From NCBI GenBank assembly GCA_045634085.1, contig JAZQZM010000015.1:235-64234 (forward strand): a stretch of 64,000 nucleotides of DNA. The letters are read 5' to 3'. Below the pieces are notes generated by a model, which saw only the letters and a program-made list of their open reading frames with translations, was not told the origin of the DNA and ran no database searches. This document shows, in pieces, positions 37,294 through 47,577 of this stretch (positions are counted from its first letter, which is position 1; the number at the start of each line of letters is the position of its first letter). A program made the translations under genes and the position numbers. The stretch is from Bacteroidaceae bacterium (GTDB lineage: Bacteria > Bacteroidota > Bacteroidia > Bacteroidales > Bacteroidaceae).

Positions 37294-40181
37294 AAAGGTG
37301 CTTTTTTGTAATAATATCCCTTTTGTCGGCAATAGTGGCGCGCGCCGACAAGGATGTCAAGTTCTACATGAACAACGGTGAAGTGAAATGTGTGGCAATG
37401 GAACGTGTCGACAGCATCGCTTTTGATGAGAAGGCCGATGTCATGAGAGTCACTCTTTTTGACAACTGTAGTGCCGAAGTGCAGTTCTCAGCAGTTGACA
37501 GCATTGGTTATGGCGAACTTCCCTCGGCGGTGACAGTAACATATCTTGGCGGCCGTGCAATTGTAGAAAATCCTTTTGCGTTTGACAGCGTGGCAGTGAA
37601 TGTCGATGGCGCCAAGGTTACCGTGACCTCGCAGACCTCAAAGGAGGTTGACTATAAGCTTGAGGGTACAAGTGACAACGGATGTTTCAAGATTTATGGT
37701 TCGCGCAAATATAACCTGTATCTCGATGGTGTTTCCCTTGTCAACGCTGGCGGTGCTGCCATCAACAGCCAGTGCAAGAAGAGGGCAAGGGTGTTTGTCA
37801 ACAAAGGTACCGTGAATACGTTGACCGATGCTGCCAAGTACACAACCGTTAGCGGCGAGGATGAGAAGGGTACAATCTTCAGCGAGGGGCAGTTGATTTT
37901 TGATGGCGACGGCAGATTGGTTGTCAACGGTCTTTACAAGCATGCTATCTGTAGTGATGACTATGTGGAGTTCCGTGGTGCTCTCCTTGAGGTTGCCAAG
38001 GCTGCGGGCGATGCCGTTCATGCCAACGATTCTGTTTTAGTGAAAGGTGGAACACTTCTTCTCAATTCACAGGGTGACGGCATTGATTGTGACGGCATTG
38101 TGAGAATGCTTGGCGGGGATGTGACAGTGATGGCGTCGGGTGATGATGTGAAAGGCGTCAAGGCTGCCGGCGATATACAGCTTGGCGGTGCTGACATCAG
38201 GATAACCATGCCGGGCGATGCATCAAAGGGTATAAAGAACAACGGTATGCTCTCCATTTTGGGTGGAGATATCAATATCGTTATGACCGGCAACAGCATT
38301 GTGACCGGCGTCTCTCCGTCATATGCAACCTGTATAAAGAGTGATTCTTCCGTCAACATTACAGGTGGCACTGTCACATTGACTGCAAGCGGCATTGCCG
38401 GACGTGGCATTTCGGCCGATGTGGATGTGAATATCCTTGACGGAACAACCACCATCGTATGCAGCGGCAATAGCGAGACCTATGACCCTACATATGACGA
38501 GATTCTTGGCGGTGATGAAGAGGAGGAACACAAAAGCTATGTGGTTTATGTGAGTGTACCCACGTCAACGGCAAGTAACCGTCCCGGTGGCAGTTCGTCG
38601 AATGTGTGGAAGAATGTCTATCTCTATGACAGCAGCAACACTCTTGTCGCAGCGCTCACAGATAAGGTGGTCATCAACAATACCACTTTCTACCGTTACG
38701 ATTTCGGCACTGAACAAACGGGTACATACTATTTCAAGAGTGACAATTATACAAGCGGCAGAACGACATACACAATACGGAGTTCGTCGTTTACAGGTCT
38801 TGCCGCAGATACCTATTACCAGATATCGTCAAGCTACAGTACATCAGGTTCTACACGCACCTATTCCATAACCGACGTGACCGGAAGTTTTGCCGGCGGT
38901 TCATCGGCTTCTTCAACCGAGGATTCATACGCAGCAGCGGGAATAAAGTGTGACAGGGACTTTACCCTGTCGGGCGGTACCCACACTATTACCATGAGTG
39001 GCAGTGAGTCAAAGGGTATAAAGGTAGAGGGTGCGGCTCTCATTGATGGCGGTGATCTTACAATAAATACCTCGGGGACTGCAAAGGTAGTGGCCTATGA
39101 TCCCTCATACTGCACAGCAATAAAGTGTGACGGTGCCTTGACTATTAACGGCGGCAATATCAATATAACGGCTACAGGTCAGGGTGGCATGGGAATCTCG
39201 GCTGACGGTGTGCTCACGATGAATGGCGGCAATGTTGATGTTACGCTTTCGGGTGCGGGCTCATCATATACTGCAACCACAGGAACCGACTATTATTCCA
39301 CAAAGTGCCTCAAGGGTGATGTAGCGGTGAATCTGTTGGGAGGAACTCTAAACTGTCTTGCAAAAGGCAATGGCAGCAAGGCAATCGTGGCATCGGGGGT
39401 GCTGACGATAGGTGCAGAGGGTGCCGATAACAGTCTGCTCAACATCAGTGCCGTGACACAGGGATCATCACTCGGCTCAACATCGGGCGGCGGCATGGAT
39501 AGTGGTTTCAACGCCGCGCCCAAGGCCATAAAAGGTGCTGCCAATGTATATGTGAATAGCGGTACGATATATGTTGAGACTAAGAATGACGGTGGCGAGG
39601 GACTAGAGAGCAAGGCGACCCTCACAATCAATGGCGGCATTATTGAGTGCAGCACCTACGATGACGGCATAAATGCCAAGACAGCCTTGATAATCAATGG
39701 CGGTTGCATATATAGTCACGCTACAAACAACGATGGAATCGACTCCAACGGTACGATAACCGTGAACGGCGGTATTGCACTCAGTTCGGGTTCTTCGGCG
39801 CCCGAGGAGGGATTCGATTGCGACCAGAACCAGTTTGTAATAAACGGTGGTATAATGGTGGGTACCGGCGGTGCTACAAGTAACCCCACATCGGCATCGC
39901 AGCCATACTCTTCGGTAACATCCGTATCAGTGACATCTGGCAAGTACATTTCGGTGAAAGACAGTTCGGGAACCGTGCTATTCTCATACAAGTGCCCCAA
40001 TACTGTGAACGGCGCCACGGTGCTGCTCTCTTCGCCAGAGTTCACGAAGACGTCTCATACATTGATGTACGGAGTCACATCCGTTGCCGGTGCTACAGAG
40101 GAACTTTTCGGTGGAGTCTACAGCGTAGGTGGAACTCTTACCGGTGGCTCGTCAAAGAGTTTTACTCCTGCTACGAAATAA
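37290..40181 (+). CDS. Large exported beta-helix protein containing two Cthe_2159-like (DUF4353, carbohydrate-binding) modules separated by a Ser/Thr/Tyr-rich insert
   Basis: It has a signal peptide (MKRCFFVIISLLSAIVARA). Both halves contain repeated GG-x-I/L turns with DGIDCDG, DDGINAK, NDGIDSNGTITVNGG and GFDCD blocks. Its start overlaps the upstream stop as ATGA. Confidence 0.6.
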   Translation: MKRCFFVIISLLSAIVARADKDVKFYMNNGEVKCVAMERVDSIAFDEKADVMRVTLFDNCSAEVQFSAVDSIGYGELPSAVTVTYLGGRAIVENPFAFDSVAVNVDGAKVTVTSQTSKEVDYKLEGTSDNGCFKIYGSRKYNLYLDGVSLVNAGGAAINSQCKKRARVFVNKGTVNTLTDAAKYTTVSGEDEKGTIFSEGQLIFDGDGRLVVNGLYKHAICSDDYVEFRGALLEVAKAAGDAVHANDSVLVKGGTLLLNSQGDGIDCDGIVRMLGGDVTVMASGDDVKGVKAAGDIQLGGADIRITMPGDASKGIKNNGMLSILGGDINIVMTGNSIVTGVSPSYATCIKSDSSVNITGGTVTLTASGIAGRGISADVDVNILDGTTTIVCSGNSETYDPTYDEILGGDEEEEHKSYVVYVSVPTSTASNRPGGSSSNVWKNVYLYDSSNTLVAALTDKVVINNTTFYRYDFGTEQTGTYYFKSDNYTSGRTTYTIRSSSFTGLAADTYYQISSSYSTSGSTRTYSITDVTGSFAGGSSASSTEDSYAAAGIKCDRDFTLSGGTHTITMSGSESKGIKVEGAALIDGGDLTINTSGTAKVVAYDPSYCTAIKCDGALTINGGNINITATGQGGMGISADGVLTMNGGNVDVTLSGAGSSYTATTGTDYYSTKCLKGDVAVNLLGGTLNCLAKGNGSKAIVASGVLTIGAEGADNSLLNISAVTQGSSLGSTSGGGMDSGFNAAPKAIKGAANVYVNSGTIYVETKNDGGEGLESKATLTINGGIIECSTYDDGINAKTALIINGGCIYSHATNNDGIDSNGTITVNGGIALSSGSSAPEEGFDCDQNQFVINGGIMVGTGGATSNPTSASQPYSSVTSVSVTSGKYISVKDSSGTVLFSYKCPNTVNGATVLLSSPEFTKTSHTLMYGVTSVAGATEELFGGVYSVGGTLTGGSSKSFTPATK

Positions 40182-40194
40182 GGTATAATGCCAA

Positions 40195-40238
40195 TACAAC
40201 AACAAAGGCGATGGAATTCCATCGCCTTTGTTGTTGTA
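40195..40238. terminator. Bidirectional terminator between convergent genes
   Basis: It is a perfect 44-nt palindrome TACAACAACAAAGGCGATGGAATTCCATCGCCTTTGTTGTTGTA. Confidence 0.8.
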
Positions 40239-40252
40239 TAATACTTGTTTTT

Positions 40253-41125
40253 TCAGTCTCTTACGTCGGCTCCCCACATCAGTTTCTCCTGCAGGTTCTG
40301 TATGAAAGTGTGCTCACGGCGGCGTATGATGAGTTGCTTGTAATCGGCCTTGCGAACGGTGATGTCTATACAGTCGTCGCAGCTCTCGTTACGGCCGTCA
40401 ATGGCAATAAGGTAGTTGTGGCTGCGGCTGTTCACCTTGATGCCGATTTCTGTGTCATCACTTATCACAAGCGGTCTTGCGCTGAGGCTGTGCGGTGCAA
40501 TGGGGGTGAGTACAAGTACGTTGGCGTCGGGGGCGATGATGGGGCCTCCTACACTCAGCGAGTAACCCGTAGAACCCGACGGTGCTGCAACAATAAGACC
40601 GTCGGCCTGGTATACTATCCTGTCCTTGCCGTTGAGGGTGACTTCAAGTGTCATCATTGAAGAACTGTCATGCTTCATTACGGCAATCTCGTTGAGTGCA
40701 AACGGGTAGTTCTTAAGCTCGGAATTGCTTGTGACAGCCTCTATTATGTTGTGTCTCTCAATGTCGTACCCGCCTTTGTGTATGACACCGATGACATAAT
40801 CAATGTCTTCGTTCGAGGTTGTGGTGAGGAATCCAAGACGCCCTGCGTTTATGCCAAGAATGGGAATCTCCTTGCGGCCGATACGGCTGGCTGTGCGAAG
40901 CAGTGTGCCGTCACCTCCGAAACTTATTGCAATGTCAGCCTGGAAACTATTGTCGTCAATCAGTTCCTCGGGCTCCGGGACTGTGAAACCCTCTTCTTTG
41001 AGAAAATCGTAGAACGGCCTGTCTATTGCAAAGGTATCGCCATGCCTTGATATAGCTGCAAACAGTTGTTCGATGCTTTTTGATTTTTTTATCTGGTGCT
41101 TGTTCCCGAATATTGCAAATTTCAT
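40253..41125 (-). CDS. nadK: NAD+ kinase
   Basis: It has GGDGTLL and the NE..VM and G.I.A.PSGSTGYSLS blocks. Confidence 0.92.
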   Translation of the reverse strand: MKFAIFGNKHQIKKSKSIEQLFAAISRHGDTFAIDRPFYDFLKEEGFTVPEPEELIDDNSFQADIAISFGGDGTLLRTASRIGRKEIPILGINAGRLGFLTTTSNEDIDYVIGVIHKGGYDIERHNIIEAVTSNSELKNYPFALNEIAVMKHDSSSMMTLEVTLNGKDRIVYQADGLIVAAPSGSTGYSLSVGGPIIAPDANVLVLTPIAPHSLSARPLVISDDTEIGIKVNSRSHNYLIAIDGRNESCDDCIDITVRKADYKQLIIRRREHTFIQNLQEKLMWGADVRD

Positions 41126-41225
41126 ATCTTTTTCAGTTTTGTTTGAATAACAGATATTGTCTTCTTTAATTCCCGTTCATCTGCAAAATTAAGATAAATT
41201 ATATTATAATATTTTTTATTTGTGC

Positions 41226-41233
41226 TATTTTTG
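41226..41233 (+). promoter_or_regulatory. -7 promoter box (TAnnTTTG)
   Basis: TATTTTTG lies 64 nt upstream of the ATG at 41297. Confidence 0.4.
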
Positions 41234-41296
41234 CAGAAAAATAGGGTAAAACCGCGAATGGAGATGCCCTGTGTGTCGAGAAAGAGCTCTTTATAT

Positions 41297-42016
41297 ATGA
41301 GAACCAAACTTAGTGTAAATATCAATAAAGTCGCAACAATCAGGAATGCCCGTGGCGGGAACAATCCTGATATCATAAAGGTTGCAAAGGACTGTGAACT
41401 GTTCGGTGCCGACGGCATAACAGTACATCCCCGTCCCGACGAGAGGCATATACGCCGTAGCGATATTCCTGCATTGCTGGCCGTGTTGCGCACAGAATTC
41501 AATATCGAGGGATATCCTTCAAAGGAGTTTATGGACCTGGTGTTGCGTGCACGCCCGTCGCAGGTGACATTGGTGCCCGACAAACCCGACCAGTTGACAT
41601 CGAACAGCGGTTGGGATACTGTTGAGCATCAGGATTTCCTGCGTGATATCCTCAACGACCTTCGTGCAGCCGGAATACGCAGTTCTGTGTTCATTGATGC
41701 TGACCCTCGTATGGCCGAGTTCGCAGCAAAGGCGGGTACCGACCGCGTGGAACTTTATACCGGTCCTTATGCCCATATGTATCCTAAGAATCCCGAGGCA
41801 GCGATTGCTCCTTTTCTTGAAACGGCACGTCGTGTAAAGCAACTGGGTATCGGGCTCAATGCGGGGCATGACCTCAGTCTTGAGAACCTGAAATATTTTA
41901 CCGATGTAATAACATGGGTCGATGAGGTTTCAATAGGACATGCACTTATATGTGATGCCCTGTATATGGGTCTAGAGGCAACAATTGCTGCCTACAAGAA
42001 ATGTCTGACAAAATAA
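41297..42016 (+). CDS. pdxJ: Pyridoxine 5'-phosphate synthase
   Basis: It has LSVNINKVATIRNARGG, HPRPDERHI and NAGHDL blocks. The start was trimmed from 41222. Confidence 0.92.
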   Translation: MRTKLSVNINKVATIRNARGGNNPDIIKVAKDCELFGADGITVHPRPDERHIRRSDIPALLAVLRTEFNIEGYPSKEFMDLVLRARPSQVTLVPDKPDQLTSNSGWDTVEHQDFLRDILNDLRAAGIRSSVFIDADPRMAEFAAKAGTDRVELYTGPYAHMYPKNPEAAIAPFLETARRVKQLGIGLNAGHDLSLENLKYFTDVITWVDEVSIGHALICDALYMGLEATIAAYKKCLTK

Positions 42017-42034
42017 TTAAAACAATAACTGACT

Positions 42035-42811
42035 ATGATTTTTTTAACTGAGATTGCCGCTGAGGCAACAAACGCAGAGGTGTTGGCAACAGTTGCCGAA
42101 CCGGTACAGGAGAGCTTGAATATTCTTGATCTTGCGATAAAGGGTGGCTGGATTATGGTTGTGTTGGCGATATTGTCAATACTCGGTGTATACATTTTCA
42201 TTGAACGATTCATGACCCTGCGCAAGTCTATGCAGAAGAATCCTTATCTGCTCGACCGCATCAAGGACAACCTCCGCGACGGGGATATAAAGTCTGCGGT
42301 CAATTATTGTGAAAAAAACAATACTCCCATGTCGCGTATCCTTGCCAAAGGTGTAAAGGATTTCAATCTTGACATGGCCTCTATCCGTCAGGTACTCGAC
42401 AATAATGCCGGTCTTGAGGTGGCTGCGCTTGAGAAAGGTCTGCCGGTTCTCTCTACCATTGCAGCTGTGGCTCCTATGCTCGGTTTCCTTGGAACTGTGA
42501 CCGGTATGGTACAGGCTTTTTGGCAGATGTCACAGGCCGGTAACAATATCGACGTCTCTTTGCTTTCGGGTGGTATCTATGAGGCTATGGTTACAACCGT
42601 GGGCGGTCTCATCGTGGGTATCATTGCAATTTTTGCTTATAACTTCCTGGTTGCCCAGGTTGACAAGGCGCAGAACCTTATGGAGGCAGATATGATTGCT
42701 TTCCTTGAGATTGTTTCCGAGGAAAAGAACGGAACAGCTGTCGGTGGCGCGAAAAAAACTGCTGCAGAAAAAAAAACCAGTCACAAGAATAAAAGCCTCT
42801 TGCTTATATGA
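42035..42811 (+). CDS. exbB: MotA/TolQ/ExbB proton-channel protein
   Basis: It has three TM segments and an APMLGFLGTVTGM block. Confidence 0.85.
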   Translation: MIFLTEIAAEATNAEVLATVAEPVQESLNILDLAIKGGWIMVVLAILSILGVYIFIERFMTLRKSMQKNPYLLDRIKDNLRDGDIKSAVNYCEKNNTPMSRILAKGVKDFNLDMASIRQVLDNNAGLEVAALEKGLPVLSTIAAVAPMLGFLGTVTGMVQAFWQMSQAGNNIDVSLLSGGIYEAMVTTVGGLIVGIIAIFAYNFLVAQVDKAQNLMEADMIAFLEIVSEEKNGTAVGGAKKTAAEKKTSHKNKSLLLI

Positions 42812-43224
42812 TAAAGAGAAATACCAAGGCAATCGATGTCTTTTCAATGTCATCAATGACGGATATCATCTTTTTGTTGCTGATATTCTTCATGCTGACA
42901 TCGACCATCGTTGCGCCTAATGCAATAAAGGTGCTGCTGCCCGAAGGTAAGGCGCAGACACAGGCAAAGCCTTTGGCACGAGTGACCATAGACAAGGAAC
43001 TGAATATCTTTGTCCAATGGGACAAGGATGAACCGATGCAGATAACGGAGTTTGATGAACTGACCGCCTTCCTGTTCGATTGTCGCGAGAAGGACAGCGA
43101 GATGTATGTCGCTTTGTATGCCGATGAGACAATCCCCTATGGCGAGGTTGTCAAGGTTCTTAATATAGCGAATGATAACGAGTTCAAGATGGTTCTGGCA
43201 ACACGCCAGCCCGATAAGAAGTGA
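42808..43224 (+). CDS. exbD: ExbD/TolR biopolymer transport protein
   Basis: It has an N-terminal TM segment with MTDIIFLLLIFFM and a periplasmic ExbD fold. Its start overlaps the exbB stop. Confidence 0.85.
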   Translation: MIKRNTKAIDVFSMSSMTDIIFLLLIFFMLTSTIVAPNAIKVLLPEGKAQTQAKPLARVTIDKELNIFVQWDKDEPMQITEFDELTAFLFDCREKDSEMYVALYADETIPYGEVVKVLNIANDNEFKMVLATRQPDKK

Positions 43225-44063
43225 TGAAGAATTTTTCAAAGGAGAAAATATATGGTTTGGTGGGTACTGCGGTATTTCACATGCTGCTGTTGCTTCTCTT
43301 GTATCTTCTTGTGATGGAGCACATTCCGCCCCAGCCCGAGAAGAGTAACATTGAGATGCAGGGTGCTGTTGAAGATGTTGCAGGCGAGAAGTTCATCGAG
43401 GCAAAAGTGGTGAAGGATGTGCCGCAGCAGGTACAGAATACTCCTTCTTCGGCGTCGTCAAAGGTTGTCAAGGAGCCGCTTATTGCCCAGAACAGTGAGC
43501 CGAGCCTGCCTGTTGACACTGTAAAGCCGAACAAGAAAAAGGAGGCTAAGCAGCCTGCCGTGAGTGATGCCGAGAAAAAGCGCATCGAGGAGGAGAAACG
43601 CAAGGCTGCCGAGGAGGCTGCGCGCAAGGCCGCAGAAGAGGCTGAGCGCAAGAAGAAGGAGAAAATTGCCAACTCGGTTGCGGGAGCATTCAGCAGTTCG
43701 GCAAAGACAAGCAGTGCCGGTGGCGAAAATGATGGTCTTGGTTTCTCAGGGAAAGCGGTTGATGGCACAGACAAGGGGTCTACTGCAGGAACAGGCAACA
43801 ATAGCGGCCCGGTATACAGTGTAGGCAAGCGTACTGTTGTCAAGGAACTGAGCAGGAATATCCCGGTTCAGGAAGAGGGTGATGTGGTTGTATATGTCAC
43901 AGTAAACCCTGCCGGCAAGGTTGTCAAGGCCAATGCTAAGACAACGTCGGTTACTTTGAAGCAGGTTGCCGAAAGAGAGGCATATAAGGTTGTCTTCAAT
44001 AAAGTATCTTCCTTGGATAACGAAGAGGGTACTATAACATTCAGGTTCAGAATGAATTATTGA
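43221..44063 (+). CDS. tonB: TonB-like energy transducer
   Basis: It has an N-terminal TM anchor, a Pro/Lys/Glu/Ala-rich spacer and a C-terminal TonB_C-like domain (VVVYVTVNPAGKVV...GTITFRF). It lies downstream of exbBD. Confidence 0.65.
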   Translation: MMKNFSKEKIYGLVGTAVFHMLLLLLLYLLVMEHIPPQPEKSNIEMQGAVEDVAGEKFIEAKVVKDVPQQVQNTPSSASSKVVKEPLIAQNSEPSLPVDTVKPNKKKEAKQPAVSDAEKKRIEEEKRKAAEEAARKAAEEAERKKKEKIANSVAGAFSSSAKTSSAGGENDGLGFSGKAVDGTDKGSTAGTGNNSGPVYSVGKRTVVKELSRNIPVQEEGDVVVYVTVNPAGKVVKANAKTTSVTLKQVAEREAYKVVFNKVSSLDNEEGTITFRFRMNY

Positions 44064-44611
44064 TTATGAAGAGGGTATATCTGTTCCTTGCCGACGGCTT
44101 TGAGACCGTTGAGGCATTGGCTCCGGTCGATGTAATGCGTCGTGCCGGCATTGAGGTAGTGACAGTTTCTATAATGAAGCGTCCTGAGGTCGTGTCGGCG
44201 CAGAATGTAAAGGTCGTTGCCGATGAACTATTTGAAAATGTATCGTTAGGTGACGCTGCGGCTTTGGTTCTGCCCGGTGGCGGTGTGGGTACCGACAACC
44301 TGTCGGCTCACGGACCGTTGTGTACAGCGCTTGTGGAGGCACATTCAAATGGTGTGTTGGTAGCTGCAATATGTGCGGCTCCAATGGTGCTGGGCCGCAT
44401 CGGTATACTTGAAGGATGCAAGGCTACATGCTATCCCGGTTGCGAGGGTGACCTCTTCGGCGCCGAGTACACTGCAGCACCCGTTCAGGAGTGCGGTAAC
44501 ATTGTCACTGGCTGTGGTCCCGGTGTATCATTTGATTTCGGCTTTGCAATAGTGGAACGCCTGTGTGGTGCCGATGTTGTGGCAACACTGCGTTCACAGA
44601 TGCAGTTCTGA
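44060..44611 (+). CDS. DJ-1/PfpI family protein
   Basis: It has a nucleophile-elbow block (VAAICAAP) and an LPGG block. Confidence 0.85.
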   Translation: MIMKRVYLFLADGFETVEALAPVDVMRRAGIEVVTVSIMKRPEVVSAQNVKVVADELFENVSLGDAAALVLPGGGVGTDNLSAHGPLCTALVEAHSNGVLVAAICAAPMVLGRIGILEGCKATCYPGCEGDLFGAEYTAAPVQECGNIVTGCGPGVSFDFGFAIVERLCGADVVATLRSQMQF

Positions 44612-44673
44612 GAAGATAAAAAGATGTGGTAAAGCTTCATGTGTGTAGTATGTGATGCTTTGCCTATAATTCA

Positions 44674-45381
44674 ATGAAGATTATGAAAAAATATATTATA
44701 GTTGTAGCGGGGGGCAAAGGGCTCCGTATGGGCGGTGATGTTCCAAAACAGTTTCAGACAATTGGCGGCAGACCGATACTTATGGTAACATTGGAACGTT
44801 TACATTCAATAGATCCCTCCTTGCAGCTTATATTGGTGCTGCCTGCCGAGCAGTTCGAGTTCTGGAAGGAGTTGTGCAGGCAGTACGATTTTGCTGTTCC
44901 ACTGTTGCTTACCAATGGTGGTGCCACACGTTTCCATTCGGTGCAGAACGGACTTGCTCAGGTTGATGACATTGACGAGGCACTCGTAGGTGTGCATGAT
45001 GGCGTACGTCCTTTTGTGTCACAGAAAGTTGTTGATGACTGTTTCCGTGAGGCATGGATTCATGGTGCAGCAATACCGATGACCGATGTACACGACAGTC
45101 TGCGCCACATTGTGGGTGCTGACGGAGTGACCGAGGTGGTTCCCCGTGACCGTTATCGTCTTGTCCAGACTCCGCAGGTGTTCAAACTCTCTGTTCTTCG
45201 TAAGGCCTACGAGCAGCGCTTTGTCGAGAGTTTTACCGATGATGCTTCGGTTGTTGAGGCGTCGGGTATGAGTGTTGTTGCCGTCGAGGGCAACAGGGAG
45301 AACATTAAGCTTACAACTCCATTTGACATGATGGTTGCAACTACCCTGATGGAATGCTGGATACCACAACAAGAAATATAA
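44674..45381 (+). CDS. ispD: 2-C-methyl-D-erythritol 4-phosphate cytidylyltransferase
   Basis: It has VAGGKGLRMG...PKQF, VHDGVRPF and QTPQ blocks. Confidence 0.92.
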   Translation: MKIMKKYIIVVAGGKGLRMGGDVPKQFQTIGGRPILMVTLERLHSIDPSLQLILVLPAEQFEFWKELCRQYDFAVPLLLTNGGATRFHSVQNGLAQVDDIDEALVGVHDGVRPFVSQKVVDDCFREAWIHGAAIPMTDVHDSLRHIVGADGVTEVVPRDRYRLVQTPQVFKLSVLRKAYEQRFVESFTDDASVVEASGMSVVAVEGNRENIKLTTPFDMMVATTLMECWIPQQEI

Positions 45382-47453
45382 AGTTCCTTCCGGGTGTCGG
45401 TGAGCAGCGTGCAACTCTTCTTGCCGGGGAACTGAACATACGTTCCCTGTACGATTTGCTGTACTATTTCCCGTATAAATACATTGACCGCAGCCGTGTA
45501 TTCAAGGTAAACGAGCTTGGCGGTCACCTGCAGCATGTGCAGTTGGTTGGCGAAATACGTTCATTTGAGGAGATGGGTGAAGGTGCCGGCCGTCGTCTTG
45601 TGGCACATTTTACTGATGGTACGGCATTTGTCGATCTTGTCTGGTTCAAGGGTATAAAGTATGTCAAGAACCGTCTGAAAGTAATGACCCGTTATGTGGT
45701 TTTCGGCAAACCCTCCATGTTCAACGGCAGGGTGAACATTGCGCACCCCGATGTCGATGACGCCTCATTGCTCCAGTTGAGCAACATGGGGCTTCAGCCA
45801 TACTACAACACGACAGAGAAGATGAAACGGCATGGACTGAATTCCAATGCCATGGCAAAACTGGTACAGAATCTGTTCCAGCTCCTTCAGGATGAGATTC
45901 CCGAGACCCTCTGCGACAGTATTGTACACAATCATGGGCTCATGTCGCTTGATGATGCTCTGCGCATAATACACTTTCCCAAGAATACCAAGGAACTGCA
46001 GCTGGCACAGTACAGGTTGAAGTTCGAGGAACTCTTCTACATTCAGCTAAACATCCTGCAGTATGCCCGCGACAGGCAGATGCGTTATGTAGGGCACCGT
46101 TTTGCAAAGGTCGGTGACATGTTCAACCGTTTCTACCACGAGAACCTTCCGTTCGAGTTGACAGGAGCCCAGAAAAGGGTGGTGCGCGAGATTCGTGCCG
46201 ATGTCAACAGTAACCGTCAGATGAACCGCCTTCTGCAGGGCGATGTGGGTAGCGGAAAGACTCTTGTGGCTCTGCTGTCAATGCTCTTGGCAAAGGATAA
46301 CGGTTATCAGGCATGTATACTTGCTCCAACGGAAATTCTTGCCGAGCAGCATTTTGCGACAATACGCCGCATGCTCGGCAATATGCCTGTCAGGGTGGAA
46401 CTGCTCACAGGCAGTACACGTCAGAAGGAACGTGCGCCGCTTTTCGAGGCTCTTGAGGCTGGTGATATTGATATTCTTGTGGGAACGCACGCAGTGCTGG
46501 AGGATAATGTGCTGTTCAGTAATCTTGGTCTTGTGGTCATTGATGAGCAGCACCGCTTCGGCGTAGTGCAGCGTGCCAAGATGTGGGCGAAGAACAGCAT
46601 TCCGCCACACATACTGGTAATGACTGCGACACCTATTCCACGTACGCTGGCAATGACACTATACGGCGACCTTGAGGTGTCGGTAATCGACGAACTGCCT
46701 CCGGGCCGCAAACCCATAACCACAACTCACATATTCCGTAACCGTGCTGACAGCATGTACTCCTTCATCCGCAAGCAGTTGCAGGAGGGCAGACAGGTGT
46801 ACGTAGTCTATCCTCTTATCAGTGAGAGTGAGAAACTCGACCTAAAGAATCTTGAGGATGGCTACAGGCAGTTGTGCAACATTTTCTGTGATTACAGGCT
46901 CTGCAAACTGCATGGAAAGATGAAACCCAAGGAGAAGGACGAGGAGATGCGCCGCTTTGCCTCGGGCGAGACACAGCTGCTTGTCTCTACTACTGTAATT
47001 GAGGTGGGTGTCGACGTGCCCAATGCTTCGGTAATGGTAATTGAGAATGCCGAACGTTTCGGCCTGTCGCAGCTGCATCAGCTCCGCGGCAGGGTGGGAC
47101 GTGGAGCTTCACAGTCATACTGTATTCTGGTAACCGACTACAAACTATCCGAGGATACCCGTAAACGTATGGAGATAATGACAACCAGCAACGACGGTTT
47201 TGAGATTGCCGAGGCCGACCTGAAACTGCGCGGTCCCGGCGACATGGAGGGTACGCAGCAGAGTGGAATCGCTTTTGACCTGAAGATAGCGAACCTTGCC
47301 CGTGACGAGCAGCTTCTGCAGTACGTGCGTGAGGTAGCACGTGAGGTTGTAAATGCTGACCCCGAACGTAACTCACCGTTGTATAAGGTTGTCTGGGAAC
47401 GTCTGCGCGCGATAAAGGAGATGAGAAACTGGAACTGGGGAGCCATATCCTGA
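45354..47453 (+). CDS. recG: ATP-dependent DNA helicase RecG
   Basis: This 699-aa protein has a wedge domain plus helicase motifs GDVGSGKT, DEQHRFGV and QLHQLRGRVGRG. Confidence 0.95.
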   Translation: MLDTTTRNIKFLPGVGEQRATLLAGELNIRSLYDLLYYFPYKYIDRSRVFKVNELGGHLQHVQLVGEIRSFEEMGEGAGRRLVAHFTDGTAFVDLVWFKGIKYVKNRLKVMTRYVVFGKPSMFNGRVNIAHPDVDDASLLQLSNMGLQPYYNTTEKMKRHGLNSNAMAKLVQNLFQLLQDEIPETLCDSIVHNHGLMSLDDALRIIHFPKNTKELQLAQYRLKFEELFYIQLNILQYARDRQMRYVGHRFAKVGDMFNRFYHENLPFELTGAQKRVVREIRADVNSNRQMNRLLQGDVGSGKTLVALLSMLLAKDNGYQACILAPTEILAEQHFATIRRMLGNMPVRVELLTGSTRQKERAPLFEALEAGDIDILVGTHAVLEDNVLFSNLGLVVIDEQHRFGVVQRAKMWAKNSIPPHILVMTATPIPRTLAMTLYGDLEVSVIDELPPGRKPITTTHIFRNRADSMYSFIRKQLQEGRQVYVVYPLISESEKLDLKNLEDGYRQLCNIFCDYRLCKLHGKMKPKEKDEEMRRFASGETQLLVSTTVIEVGVDVPNASVMVIENAERFGLSQLHQLRGRVGRGASQSYCILVTDYKLSEDTRKRMEIMTTSNDGFEIAEADLKLRGPGDMEGTQQSGIAFDLKIANLARDEQLLQYVREVAREVVNADPERNSPLYKVVWERLRAIKEMRNWNWGAIS

Positions 47454-47542
47454 TGACGCTGCAGCGCACATGTTCGGATGGGCATTTTGCGTCTCTGGCG
47501 ATATTCTTAACTTCTTAATTATCGTATTAATAACCTTTTTGT

Positions 47543-47550
47543 TATCTTTG
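47543..47550 (+). promoter_or_regulatory. -7 promoter box (TAnnTTTG)
   Basis: TATCTTTG lies 28 nt upstream of the ATG at 47578. Confidence 0.5.
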
Positions 47551-47577
47551 CATAAACTTATAACTAACTTATATAAA

